DNA of 64,000 nucleotides from assembly GCA_024137785.1 (NCBI GenBank), contig JAHRHZ010000063.1:18414923-18478922 (forward strand), read 5' to 3'. Positions 1-12,472 of the stretch are shown in pieces. The notes beneath the pieces were generated by a model that was not told the DNA's origin, did no database searches, and was given only the letters and a program-made list of their open reading frames with translations. The stretch's first letter is position 1, and every line of letters begins with the position of its first letter. The DNA is from Ginglymostoma cirratum. Lineage: Eukaryota. The position numbers and the translations under genes are program-made.

Positions 1-71
1 CATAGGAGTTTTCCTGCTCCTATGATGCTGCTTGACCTGCTGTGTTCATCCAGCCCCATGCTTGTTATCTC
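1..71 (+). mobile_element. Partial Penelope family-A terminal repeat
   Basis: Near-identical to 41837-41899 and 45031-45085. Confidence 0.75.
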
Positions 72-544
72 AATAAATTATTCATTACTACTATTCAAGT
101 TACATCCCTTTAAAACCCTAAACACACACATTCATTCACAAATTAGACAAAAGAAAACAGCAGGTATGACACAAATGTTACGGGTGGAAGAAGAAACAAG
201 GGAAACAAATGCTGTAGTTCAAGAGTTTAAACCATAGGGTGGGATAAGTTGTTTCTCACAGTTCTTTTGATTTATTTTAGTGATGCTGACAATAACTGAT
301 CATTTAGACCTGGGTCTTACCTTGTAAAGCCAAATTTCCTAATTCCTGAAATAATTCTCTTTAATGTTTTCTTAATTATATCGAAAGCTGTCATTTCCTT
401 TCTTAAGTGTGGCACCCAGAACTGGATGCAAAGTTCCATTTGAGGGTAAACTAATGTTTTATTTAAAATACAGGTTTAAGATAACCTTTTTTTTTAACTG
501 TTTGATTTAACTCCTATTGATGAAGTCCTGAATTCTGCATGTAG

Positions 545-1360
545 TCCTAGCCAAACTAGAGTTCATGGGGCTGTGGAGAAAAACTCTCTGCTAGTTTGAT
601 TCATATCTGACACATGGGAAAATGGTTGTAGTTGTTGGAAATCAGTCATCTCAGCTCCAGGACATCTCTGCAGGAGTTTCTCAGGGTAGTATCCTAGGCC
701 CAAACATCTTCAGCTGCTTCATCAATGGCCTTCCCTCCAACACGTGGGGACTTTCATTCTTGATCATGCAATATTCAGTGCCATTCCTAGCTGCTTAGAT
801 ACCGAAACAGTTGGCGCCCATGCAACAAAATCTGGGTGACGTTCAGACGTTGGCTGACAAGTGGTAAGTAACGTTCATGCCACACAAGTACCAGGCAATG
901 GCCAACCCAAAACAGAGCCTCAAAACATCTCTCTTTGACATTCAACAGCATTCAATCACTGAATTCTCCACTATTAACACCCTGTGGGTCACCATTGACC
1001 AGAAACTGAACTTGGCCAATCATAAAAATACTGTGACCACAAGAGCAGACCAGAGGTTGGGAATGATACAGCAAGTAACTCATCTCTTGACTCTCCAAAG
1101 CCTGTCCAAAATCCACAAGACATAAACTAGGAGTATGCTGGAATAGTTTCCACTTGCTTGGATGGGTGTGACTCCAACAACACTCATGGAGCTCAATGCC
1201 ATCCAACACAAAGCACTCTGCTTGAGAGGCACCCCATCCACCACAATATTCATGTCCCCATGGACTGCAGTGGTTCAAGATGGTGATTCACCACCATTTC
1301 CGATGGGCATTAGTGAAGGGTAACAACTGAGTTTCTGGCCAGCAACAACTACATCCCTGT
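545..1360 (+). mobile_element. Decayed L2/CR1-clade LINE 3' fragment
   Basis: GV.QGSILGP.IFSCFIN.LPS at ~673-738; related fragments at ~35650-36240, ~43500-43830 and ~50000-50700. Confidence 0.7.
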
Positions 1361-1549
1361 GAAAGCTTAACAAAGGGAACAGCAGTGGGCCTAACACTGG
1401 GCCCTGGTAAACCCCATTATAAACCTTCCTCCAGTCTGAAAAAAACGTCAACCACTTCCTCTGTTTCCTGACACTCAGCCAATTCCGAAACCAAGGGCTG
1501 CATTTTATGTTTTTTTTTTTGGCTGTGTCATTTTCGTCAAGTTTCACAC

Positions 1550-4500
1550 AGGGTATCCTTCCCACATCTTGTCAAACTCCCTTCAGTAACTGTCTTCCCC
1601 CAGCCCTTTGGCAGCATTCTCACCTGATTGGAGCCTCATTCTACTACCTGTCATTACCAGAACAAATCACCACTCACCAGATATCTGCCGAAAATCTGAC
1701 ATTCCCGATGTCTGTGCCATCTGTAAAAAGCCAGTGTGCACCTGGGCAAACACTGGTAATTCCAAAGCTCACCAAAGGACAGGTGTTTCAAAGATGTTGG
1801 GGAAACTAAAGGAAGGAGTGACTGCAAGAAAGTCAGTGACCTTCTCTACTTCACCAGGGTAAGTACTACATTCTGCTCTCTCCAGTACATCATACTCAGT
1901 CTACCTCTGCTACTGCACACACCTCCCATCAAGTCTCATGCTCTTCCATACTCACTACTGCATGCAACATCTTCCCTCTCATTGTTCCTCCCAATCTCCC
2001 AGACCAGTAACCCCTGCATGGCGTCTGCAGTGCCTACTCACTCACTCAGGACTCCTCACCACCTTTCAATGACCTGCACTAATAACTGTGCCAGCAACTT
2101 TCGCCTCGCCCCAATCTCTCTCCCATTATAGGAGAAAACAGTCCATAACAGGGCAAGCCGAGTCAGGACAGATAGAGAAGTACTTATCATTAGACACTTC
2201 ATCCACTACAGACAGGAGAATACAGTGCTCCCAGGAGAAGCGTGGGATAACTTTTGTGGGGATGCTATTTCAGGTGGCACTGTGGCTCAGTGGTTAGCAG
2301 TGCTGCCTCAAAGTGCCAGGGACCGGGTTTGATTCCAGCCTCAGGCAACTGTCTATATGGAGTTTGCATACCCTCCTGTGTCTGTGTGCGTTTTCTCTGG
2401 TTGCTCCGGTTTACTCCAATAGTATAAAGATGTGCAGGTTAGGTGGAATGGCCCTGGGAAATAAATGCAGGGTTACGGGGATAGGTTGGCAGGGTGGGGG
2501 GAGGGGAGTAATGGATGTGGTGTTGGTGGGGGATGGTGGTGTGGTTGGGATGCTCTTCGGAGGATTGTTGTGGACTCAATGGACTGAATGGTCTGCTTCT
2601 ACTCTTAGGGATTCTATGATTCTTTATCCCACCATTCAAGTAAGTCCAAATCTTCAGTCCACTGCAACTCTCATGTTAGGTCCACTGTCAGTGCCATGCC
2701 TATCACAAAACTTCCAACAACTGGCCCTGATGCCTTCCCTCCCTTGTGTCTTGCGGATGGCAGTGGGAAGGCCATTATCCTACACAGTAACAGGCTACTC
2801 CTTGACCTCTGAGCATGAGAGTATTGAAGTACCCCGTTCAAAACCAGCAGCTCAGATACAGACATTTCAGTGGGAGTGTCAGGTTCAGAACATCAAGTAG
2901 CACAAGTTGGTGAACACATCACTGTGACATCTCTGGAGGTGGCCAATGAATTTATCCCCCAGACCACAGGCACTCATAGCGCTGCTGGTTCCTACAGCTG
3001 GGGATGGGGGGAACTACCCAAAGGCTCCTTTGAAGTCTCCTCCCTGCACACTCCAGAGATGGGCGGGCCCTACACCTGCATCCTGCCTTTCCTACTCTGC
3101 ACCTTGAAAGTTCAAGCCAAGGATGGTCCACTTGCCTCCTGCAAGCATGGGTAGGCAGTCTAGACACAAAGGTGCCCAGGGTCACCTGAGCAAACCTCCA
3201 AAGTCAGGGGGTTCCACTGCTGAGCAATCTCCCTCCACCCCAGCTGCAGAGAATGGACTACACTGAGACATAGTGGGAGGGAAAGACTGAAGGTAACATT
3301 TGAGTGCACTTTGTGGACAAAAGTGACATTGCACTGTACACCAATGCTCACATTTCCATAAATGCTAATGGTTTGATTGAGGCTCTGTCCAGCTCCGAAT
3401 GAAACTGTGCCACCATTATATTTGACATTGTGCCCATATAGTATGCAGCATGGATCGACAACTATGTTGAGAGCCTGCTTCAGCATCTGGAAGCAAGAAC
3501 AAGGCTCGGTCAGTATGGGGTTCTGTTGCCTTTCTTGGTCCTTATACTTATCCTTTCCTGGTCTCTGTGTACAACAGTGTTGGTGCTGAATGAAGTGATC
3601 AGCAATGTCTGTAGAAGGGGGATAGGCAGCAGACAGGGAGCGAATGCATTAGAATTGCCAGGGATAGGGGAGAACACATGTCTGGGTCCTGTACAGTGCA
3701 TGCGTCGGTGCCTAGTATTCTATCCCTCTAAACAGCCTCACATCAAGTGGTCTTGCAATCCTATCCCTCACAGCTCAAGACGTTTACTCCTCACACTCAG
3801 AGTGTGGTCATGACTGTTTCATTCTCACTGTGTAGTTTTGATTTCCGGCTTAATGGAAGTCGACAGCGAGGGGGGTAGTTGGGGCTGTGGTGGCCAGCTT
3901 CCACCTGTATGCGTTAGTGAGGCTGGTGGATAAAACCCCTCCTATGTAACTAGGCTCTCATCCATGCTTTACCAAATCCCCACTTTACGAATACATTTCC
4001 CATAACCCTACCCCAACAAATAGGTTCCTGAGTCTCCTGCCCACAGCAGTGTACCCCTCCCTCCCAATTAGATTCTCTGGATGGACCAACAGACTGGCTG
4101 TAGCCTATCAATGTGACCCGAACAGAGACTGGTGGATGAGAAGTGTCCAGATCCCAACTGATGCCTGTACATCCGCCCAGCTGCTTGAGTCATACCTCTC
4201 CCCCAGACCGGCCACTCAGGAACCCCAGGACTGTCTGTGGCCCAGTTGCCAGACCACAGTCAATCGCCTGAATTAGTATCAGATTGTGCTCCACTCTGAC
4301 CCATTGGCTGTGACGCCTCCTCTCTCTTACGCCGTGTAGATGCCAGCAGGATGGCCACAGACCCTGCGGAATAGAATGCTGCTCTGCCAGAGGGCACCTC
4401 CTCCACCCCTGAGGGAGAATGCTGCAAGGCCTCGGAGGAAGTATCGACAAGGCTTTGTCCTGCAAACCCCTCCACCCCCACCAGCTCAGGTACTGTACTT
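1550..4500. mobile_element. Decayed Harbinger/PIF DNA transposon (Myb/SANT gene on +, transposase remnant on -), interrupted by a SINE
   Basis: + strand KVSDLLYFTR|gtaagt (1859) spliced to ag|EKTVHNRASRVRT (2132), resembling Harbinger Myb CRKK..DL...EK.AHNR. - strand AAYP/LLQTLLITSF (~3590-3630) and NIVVDPCCILYGHN (~3430-3470), resembling AYPL.WLMTP and I..CC.LHN. Boundaries approximate. Confidence 0.5.
2273..2622 (+). mobile_element. tRNA-derived V-SINE (HE1-like)
   Basis: Box A TGGCTCAGTGG, box B-like GGTTTGATTCC, V-domain GGAGTTTGCA...GCTCCGGTTT, tail GGGATTCTATGATTCT. Confidence 0.85.
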
Positions 4501-4759
4501 AAACATACAGCTGTATTTAAATGAGGCCCAAACCTGAACTTAGTCTGGATATTGACTTGAACCAACATGCAGAATGATCACTCATAGACTTCACAGCAGT
4601 TTTAGGTTGAAGTCAAATTTCTCAACAAGAAAAATCAAATGCTGATCATCTCCTGACAATTTAGTCAACGGGTTAATTATAATAAAGGTGAATGAACATA
4701 ACCAGAAAACATTGTAAATTACAAATAATACACAACAAAACTCTTCACAGCTGTAAATC

Positions 4760-4765
4760 TTTATT
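4760..4765 (-). terminator. Candidate RAG1 polyadenylation signal (implies a ~3.3 kb 3' UTR)
   Basis: AATAAA on the - strand followed ~20 nt downstream by GU-rich GAGTTTTGTTGTGTATT; 4760-8032 is nearly TE-free. Confidence 0.45.
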
Positions 4766-5905
4766 TTTTTCATGTTTGCACTGAGCATCATCATCACAGT
4801 ATATACTAATGAATTTGGCAGCTTAACATTTAGACTTAAAACATATTTTTAAAAAGTAATTAAGTATGGATCTCAATAATGAATAATTCAAATTTGCTGG
4901 CTCATTGAATGAACAAAGATCTTTTAATGTCAAAATTTGCTGCATATAGAGAAAAACTTTCTGGAAATGTAACAGATTACAGTAAATTTCAAAATTAAAA
5001 CACAACAGGCATCCAAACCCTGTGATACATTGTAAGCGCTATAATACGGAATTGGAAAATAAACAATTTTGCAAACATGATTTGAGTTCCATGACTAATA
5101 AAAAAAAGACAACAATCCAGTTATTGAAACAAATTTAAGGAATAAATCTATTATAAAATGTAAAGCATTCGGTATCCAGTAAAATAATTCAGGCATTTGA
5201 CGTAAGCCTATACTAATATATGTAGCTAAGTTAATCAGTTAAAATTTGCGTTGTTATAAATTTGATGCATCATTAATCATATTTCCCTTTGCCTGACAAC
5301 AGACATAGCAACTTTAACCTGCATCGCATTGGTTTGAAACTCTCCATCCTAGCTTGGCGTTGTCAATATTCAACTAATGGTGAACACAACATGGCAGCAG
5401 CAGTTGTAAGTTTCAATTTGGAAAGCATATGTGTCCTCAGTCCATTTTGCAACAAGTGATTAAGAGTAGGTTTGGTAATGGACAAGATGGTGTCCATTCA
5501 CTTGGATCTTGTATATTAACATTTGGCTTTGGACAGAACACACTTAGGTACTTCAGGAAAATAAATGTACAGAAAGTAAATTATGCATTTTGGTTTGGGT
5601 TCCCAGTGTTCTGAGCCATAATCAGATTTTTATCCAGTAACATTTCTTTTTTTTATAGATTTTATGTTGCAACTTAAAAGTTGGAAAATAAACAATCGCC
5701 TGCCAAAGATTTAAAGACTGTTTACTCCTCGAACCAAGTGGTATATTTAGCCAAGCCCTTATTGTGCCTCTGCAGAAAACTATTAATAAAATGTTAAATC
5801 AGCTTTCAATAACAAGAGATTTGCAACCAAAGCAAAAGATATCATTTGTCATTTGTCAAAACCACAATTTGGCTCCAAGATGACTGCAAACTAACATCTC
5901 AATAT

Positions 5906-6103
5906 TATAAAAATCAAAAGAACTGCGGATGCCGAAAATCAGGAACAAAACCAGAAGTTGCTGGAAAAGCTCTGCAGGTCTGGCAGCATCTGTGAAGAGA
6001 AATCAGAATTAATGTTTCGGGTCTGGACCTGAAATGTTAACTCTGATTTTTCTTCGCAGATGCTGCCAGACCTGCTGAGCTTTTAGAGCAATTTCTGTTT
6101 TTG
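5906..6103. mobile_element. Family-B (Penelope-terminus-like) inverted dimer in the putative RAG1 3' UTR
   Basis: Inverted arms of gttgctggaaaagct...gcagcatctgtgaag; 10-bp TSD ATCTCAATAT (5896-5905, 6104-6113). Confidence 0.75.
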
Positions 6104-8032
6104 ATCTCAATATAATAGACACATGACATATGATAAAGTGATAAAATTAAATGCATATCTATATCCAACATCTTTTCTATCAATCAATAATACGAGCAGA
6201 TCTCCTCTAAGGTTGCTTACACACTAAAATATAACATCTAAATTATGACAATGGACTGTCAAACTGTGACTAGTATGACAAGTCATGCGTGAATGATGAA
6301 AGAAATAAAATTAATGTTTTATAAAAACTGCTCATTTTGGGGTCCAAACTCAGCAGTCCCTAAAGCAATAAAAAAATTAGTCCTCAGGCCTCATCTGAAT
6401 ATTGACAATAAACAGTCAGTATTAGTCATATCCATATGTAACTGACATGATGAGAGACATCAAGGGCATGATACTTGTATTGGCAGTGATCCTCCAGTAA
6501 ATACCAGGAAAACAACTGGATCAGGCTACAGGGAGGGGAATGGCCTCCTATAGAAGTAGGATGCATTCTGCTGAATTCACTAGATGTCTTTTTAAAAACA
6601 AAATTTTAACTGCGTATCTTCGGTTGGATTATACACTGCCTGTGAAAAAGTCTTGCATGAAGCAGAGATTAACCATTAATTTTGCAAACAGATCCTTTAT
6701 CAGACTTTAGGTCCATATTTTACACAAGTAGGAATCCTAAAAGAATGTCCTGTGCCACACAAAGTTAGCAGTGGCACCAGTGCCTGAAAAATGCATACTT
6801 TATGCCTGATTTACACCATAATAACTAGTACAATGCAGCAACTTCTCATTGTCTGCTATGTAGTTCACACTCCCGCAAAGTGTAACACTTGCTTCAAATA
6901 AAACTTTCCAAACGTGTTGTGAATGCTTCCATTATTGCAGAGTAGAATGTCTAACCCATGGGAGATCTGCTAGTGTTGGACATTGAGAAAGTTTTAGAAG
7001 GTGTGCTAGGGGTCATAAAAGTCGCTGATGCAAATTCTCATGGCATTGTAAATTCTTTATGAGAAGAAAACATGTATGAAGAGAAAACAAATTCACAATT
7101 CCCAACGTACAGAGAAAGATCCTCTAGCTAAAAACACAACTGAAGATGTTCTAACGAATAGTTGATCTGTTTAAGGACAATTAACTTCAAATTGACTATG
7201 GATGGTCCAGCAATTACACCACAGTTTAGTAGGTATTCATAGCTATTCTATTCCACTGACTATGGTGAGTTACTCGTACTTGCCTTACAAGGTGCAGGAT
7301 CACACTGTAGCCCTTATAACTCAGTCAATTTCAGGCCCAGTCTAATTAGCACCTCTCCAGTAAACCAGATCAGATGAATTGATGGTGTGTGAGAGCAGTA
7401 ACTTTTTCAAAACCTCTATTAAGGAACAAGAATGCTGTAAAGTAGCACAGTACTCATTCTCTATTTTCTAAACTAACTTTCAAAATAATTGTAAGTTTAA
7501 TAACAGACACAACTAAATTATTTGCCGCAACAAATCAGTAAATAGCTGGATAAGAATGTAGAAAAACACAGCAGTCATTGAACAGAGCCAATGGGAACTG
7601 ATGATCATCGCCATTTCCTCTCCAACAATAAATCTGCCGTTTTTAATTTTGAAAACTGAATTCTGTATTCAGAAAAAAACCCCATTCCTTATCCTGAATA
7701 ACAGCATGTTGGCTAACATCTTGCCCATTTTTCCTTCACATCTAAGCACTAGTAACCAACATTACTGCTTTCTGTGAACAGCTCTTAGGTTTCAAATATC
7801 AGAAACAGTCACTCACTTGTGGCTTCAGCTGTCACATAGATTTATCAGTGAGACTGTCTAACACTGCATCCACCACAACTTTTCCATAATACTGCTAGAG
7901 CTTTTCCCACCAATGCCAATATTGCATTCAAGGCTTGGCCATGGTAAGCCTAACTGTCCACATTACATAGACTGTTCACAGTCTGCTGTGGGTTAAAGAT
8001 ACTGAGAACCAACTTCAGCACCAATAATTCAG

Positions 8033-11000
8033 CTAAAAATCAAGGGAATTATTCTGAAGTATTGTATCTTCTTCACTGATCAGCTCAGGTGGTACAGCAT
8101 CACACTTTACATTCTTTAACGTGTTGGGTACATCCATGAACCTTTGTAAATATTTTGAAGTGTACAGCCAGTGATGTTTCAAAATGTCTTCCAATTCATA
8201 ACTTTTGGACTGCCTTGCATTCATTTTCCTGAAACGACGAAAAAGTTTGTTGCCTGATTCATTGCCTTCACTCGCCCACGCGCCTATGGAGCCATCCCTT
8301 TCAATGATCTCGGGGACGTGAGCCAGAGTCTTGTGCAGGTAGTTAGTGATCTTCCCTTCATATCTGTGCTTAAACTCCGTACGAAGCAGTTCTGCGAATC
8401 TTTGGGAATTGCAGCTGTACTGACAAAGAAGCTCAGGGCATTCCCTGGTTGGAAACGTGGAACGCCACACTGGTTTCATCTGAAGATAAAGGTGCATGAG
8501 CTCCTTGAGGATTTCCCGCCTTCGTTCGGATGGAATTAGCTCACAGACAGCCTCGACTGTCTCTTTGGTCATTAGCTTTCGCGCAAAATTCCCGTTCAAC
8601 CTCATGACAGGCTTTAGGTTCATCTTCATTCTCAGGTGCTTGTCAAGCATCGCTTGCCACCGTTTCCTCTCTTCCTTGGATGTGCTGGGATTTTTGTACA
8701 GCTCCCCGATCTCATCCTGGAAAAGTCTGTAGAATTCCGTGGCGTTCCCAATATCACAGTGCAAGGCATCGATGGACGGCTGGGTTTCAATGAACGGCTT
8801 CGCTGAAACCCCCTTAACCCGGCCACGCAACTCATCAGCGGTTTCGCGGTACGGGTTTGAGCGCCAAATTTCGTAGCGCTCCAAGTTCTCCTGGTGGCTT
8901 CTCGTTATGGAATGAAGAACCAAGTTCTGGGAAGCCTCGTTTCGCGTGGCATCGCACAACGTGCAGACGTACATGGAGCCCGAGGCTTCAAGACCCTCCA
9001 TTTCCCGAACGAGCTTCTCATCGTATCCCGTGCCCCTAAAGATGAACTGGAAGGATCTATGCAAGTCCCCAATCTCAAGAATCAAATCGCTGCTCTTCAT
9101 AGCTTCTCGCTCAGCGATGACTGGGCCCAGGATCGCGGTCAACGTTTCGTGGTCGGATTCGTCCGCCAACATCAGGGAAAGCGGTCGGCAGCACAACTCA
9201 GAATTGGGCTTCAGCTCTTCAAAAATGACCACTTTCTCGTCGTTCTCATTCATCATACTTATACTCATGATCGTAAAGGAAAACCTCACTGCCTTTTCTG
9301 GAACGGGTGGGCCACAACCGTGTTTCTCACTGACATCGCCCATTCCATCGCAAGACTCCTTGATCACGACAGTAAACGGTCCACTCACACACTCGTCTAC
9401 GTTATGATGTTTCAAACCTTCCAGAATATCGTCTTCGAGCTCCTTCACGGCCGAAGCAAGGGCCACATCATACCTGAACCGTCTAGAAATGGTTTCCATT
9501 GGGTAATCATCTACACATTGTGTCCAGCCACTCAGTCCATCTATAATTCCCACTTCAGTGTTTGTTGAGACATTTGCCAGAGGGGGCTGCCATTCAAATG
9601 AATAATAACCTGGCAACAGTATTTTTTCTGCATTTCGAAGTGCATGCAGCGGCTGGAAGATCTGCTTCCCAGTTGTTGCTTTGACTGTCCTATACATTTT
9701 ATGATACTGACTACAACTCAGAAATGTGTTAACTCTAATGGCAAGGCAGACTGCTGGTCTCAGTTCGGATCCTTTCCCCTGCATTACAGCTTCCAGCTCA
9801 TCTGCTTGCCTGTGCTCATTTCCAGCTCTGAGTGCCAGAAGTAACAGAGTCAGACAAACGGACTTTACATCGCCATCTTCCTCTTTGTCTGCAAAAGCCT
9901 TCACCTGAAGTTTCAGGTTTCGCAGACGATGTTTTTGAGCTCTTCGGGTTAGAGAAAGCAAATGTAGTCTTGGACGGCCCCCCTTGTTGACTGCTGAGTA
10001 AGCATGCTTCATTCTCGTTTCTTTGTGGTTTTGGGCATGATTCGAATATTCACCGAGTCTCACCTCCATTTCACAGTCTGTCACTGGACACTTTAGCACA
10101 AGTGAATTGAGAACATTTATGAACGACTTAACAGGGCTTAAGAACTCTTTGGGACCACAAGGAAATCTACAAACTGGACAATACTTGCCCAGGACTGCAA
10201 TGCATTTGAGAATACACGTTCTGCAGAAAAGATGCTTGCAAGGTGATTGCACAGGGTCAGCAAGTAAGTGCTCACAAACCTGACAGGATACAGACTGGAT
10301 AAAATTGTTGGGATAATCAAGCACAAGGAGTTTTGAAGTCAGATGGAACTTCTTGCAGTTGATAATCTTTTTAGCCAATAACAGACTTGTGCTATTTACA
10401 TGATCTTTTCTTTTAATGACCCTTGGTCTGATTAGAGCATCAGTTGCTACTCTGGGTTTCTTTGTGACAGGTGGACTTTGTTTGAGACCTTTTCGTTTGC
10501 GGGCCCCACTCGAAAAGCTGCAAATGCTGCAAAGATTGGAATGTGGTTTCCATTCAATGATTGTACTGATCGGAAAGAATGCATCTTCATTCGTTGTATT
10601 GTTAATTGCCTGAATCACAATACACCAACATTTATAGCAGAAGTGAGTGGGATATCTGGCTTCTGTATCAGTCTTGACATCTATCCTAAATGTGTTACGG
10701 ATGAGTTCTGGCCAAAAACAATTGTCATATCCCATTTTCCTGAGCACCTCTTGGGTGACATCATCAACAGGACCATTAACCAGAAATTTCATATCATAAC
10801 TGTTGGTGTTAAAGGAAACTCCACAAATACGACATAGATTTTGCAATCGTAATATATGCTCTTCCAAAGATTTCGCTTCCATTTGGTTAAAGTCACAGGA
10901 CTTGTTTTTTGACGGGTTGAGTTCTAAAGGCATTTGTTCCAGGGCCTTGTCTTCAAAAGTCTTCTTGTCCAAAGGCAGTGTTTCCAATGACATAGTTCCC

Positions 11001-11179
11001 ACTGGTTTGGTGTGTGGCAATGAGGAATGCTGAAGTAGGCCATGAACTGGTGCAACCACCTCTGTCTCATAAAGCTTTTCCATTGAAACCATGACTTCCT
11101 TCTGGGTATTTTTGAAAGGCCTGGTTTCTGCATAAAGAAAGTCATCAGGTAACAGTTGCAGAGGCATCTTCACTTCCAT
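8033..11179 (-). CDS. RAG1: V(D)J recombination-activating protein 1, single coding exon, ~1048 aa from ATG at 11179 (the ORF track starts at a GTG that is the first exon codon)
   Basis: N-terminal CRICG/CYKC zinc ligands, C3HC4 RING (CQVCEH...CKHLFCRTC...CPVC), nonamer-binding GGRPR, catalytic motifs [16 protein letters not shown] and [10 protein letters not shown], zinc ligands CTLCD and HKTLAH. Polypyrimidine tract plus AG acceptor at 11193-11192, 12 nt before the ATG. Confidence 0.98.
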   Translation of the reverse strand: MEVKMPLQLLPDDFLYAETRPFKNTQKEVMVSMEKLYETEVVAPVHGLLQHSSLPHTKPVGTMSLETLPLDKKTFEDKALEQMPLELNPSKNKSCDFNQMEAKSLEEHILRLQNLCRICGVSFNTNSYDMKFLVNGPVDDVTQEVLRKMGYDNCFWPELIRNTFRIDVKTDTEARYPTHFCYKCWCIVIQAINNTTNEDAFFPISTIIEWKPHSNLCSICSFSSGARKRKGLKQSPPVTKKPRVATDALIRPRVIKRKDHVNSTSLLLAKKIINCKKFHLTSKLLVLDYPNNFIQSVSCQVCEHLLADPVQSPCKHLFCRTCILKCIAVLGKYCPVCRFPCGPKEFLSPVKSFINVLNSLVLKCPVTDCEMEVRLGEYSNHAQNHKETRMKHAYSAVNKGGRPRLHLLSLTRRAQKHRLRNLKLQVKAFADKEEDGDVKSVCLTLLLLALRAGNEHRQADELEAVMQGKGSELRPAVCLAIRVNTFLSCSQYHKMYRTVKATTGKQIFQPLHALRNAEKILLPGYYSFEWQPPLANVSTNTEVGIIDGLSGWTQCVDDYPMETISRRFRYDVALASAVKELEDDILEGLKHHNVDECVSGPFTVVIKESCDGMGDVSEKHGCGPPVPEKAVRFSFTIMSISMMNENDEKVVIFEELKPNSELCCRPLSLMLADESDHETLTAILGPVIAEREAMKSSDLILEIGDLHRSFQFIFRGTGYDEKLVREMEGLEASGSMYVCTLCDATRNEASQNLVLHSITRSHQENLERYEIWRSNPYRETADELRGRVKGVSAKPFIETQPSIDALHCDIGNATEFYRLFQDEIGELYKNPSTSKEERKRWQAMLDKHLRMKMNLKPVMRLNGNFARKLMTKETVEAVCELIPSERRREILKELMHLYLQMKPVWRSTFPTRECPELLCQYSCNSQRFAELLRTEFKHRYEGKITNYLHKTLAHVPEIIERDGSIGAWASEGNESGNKLFRRFRKMNARQSKSYELEDILKHHWLYTSKYLQRFMDVPNTLKNVKCDAVPPELISEEDTILQNNSLDF

Positions 11180-12264
11180 AACCACCTGCACCTGACAGAA
11201 ATAAAGAAAAATGATTCTTGATTAAAATAGGATTAGAGTTCAACACCCTCAGAAGCAAAACAGCTTGATGTTCAATGCTAAATCACAGCACTCACATTTT
11301 AATTATGTATTATTCATAAAGCTGCATTTTACAGTGTTAGGGCTGTATAACAATTGAGTTTCTGATCCAGTTCAATAAAAGACCATTGTATCTAATATCA
11401 GGGGATTAATATTAATCTAAGTGAGTGGGAACTACAGAATGGGGAAAGCTGCTCATTTGAATGTACTTAGGCAGGTGTAAGAACGGCTATCAGCTTCTAT
11501 TCCCATTGGGTAGGTTAGCTTAAAGTTGCACCTTTGATGATGAAAAACATATCCTTAGCCAAGAAAGAAATACCTTCGAAAACTACTACCGTGTGATTTT
11601 TATTTTATTCATTTAAGACTTCCACTACAGATTGTATAGGCAGAGTGAAAATGCAACTTAGAAAAACCATTGTTCAACCAGACATGAAGGTTATCTTTAA
11701 GCTTCATCATGCCTGAGTAAACAGGACAACAGCTGAACAATTGGCACTTAGGTTTTCACTCTCATAACTCAAGGACTTTTAAAAAATTGCTAAACTGCAG
11801 CTTGCCTGACAACCTGCCTCTATAGACACCTTCCTCTGCTGCCTTCTCTTCACAACTTTATCACCTGTCTTTGTATATATCTGTTTGTTAGTGTGTTCTA
11901 TCATTATTTTTCTCAGTTTTATTAGGTAATAACTCCACTCTCTTCTACTCAAGAAAACCCTGGAATTGACTTTCCTTCAATTTTAATTTGGTCAATTAAA
12001 TTTATTTAAAGTGTGACTTAGCCACGTGCTTAAAAAAACAATAAGAATATTTACAGCAAGGGAGTTCAAAGAGGGAGGCTAATCACCCCTCCTTATCCAA
12101 CCATAAAAATGCGTAGAAATACATAAAAGTGACAACAAGATAGCATACCTAACCAATCTGCACACAACTAAATAGTTTCAATCAATGTCCTCAGCTTACA
12201 GTACAAAAAAGTCTTGCCCGAAAGTAATCACTTTATCTCTGTTGCTTTATATTTGCAGTCGATG

Positions 12265-12472
12265 GTCAGTTAGCTTAGTTGGATGACACCTTTGCAATAC
12301 AGAGTGATGCCAAATATACAGGTTCAATTCCTGTCCTGATTGAGGTTGCCATGAAGATTTTTCCTTCTCAACCTCTCCCCTCACCTGAGGCACGATGACC
12401 CTCAGATTAAAACACCACTACTTGTCCCTGTCTAATGAGACACCATTCTCTGGGGCTATGGCAACTTTACTT
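12265..12472 (+). mobile_element. tRNA-derived SINE remnant in the putative RAG1 intron 1
   Basis: Box A TAGCTTAGTTGG, box B GGTTCAATTCC, (ACTTT)n tail. Confidence 0.55.

Noticed and set aside
2273-2345. tRNA gene
   Set aside because: tRNA-like head of a SINE; no intact cloverleaf
1-8032. RAG2 expected convergent with RAG1
   Set aside because: No long + strand kelch/PHD ORF here; it probably lies left of the window, so absence is not evidence of loss
8894-9568. 224-aa antisense ORF inside RAG1
   Set aside because: Expected shadow ORF in a GC-rich coding segment; no recognisable domain
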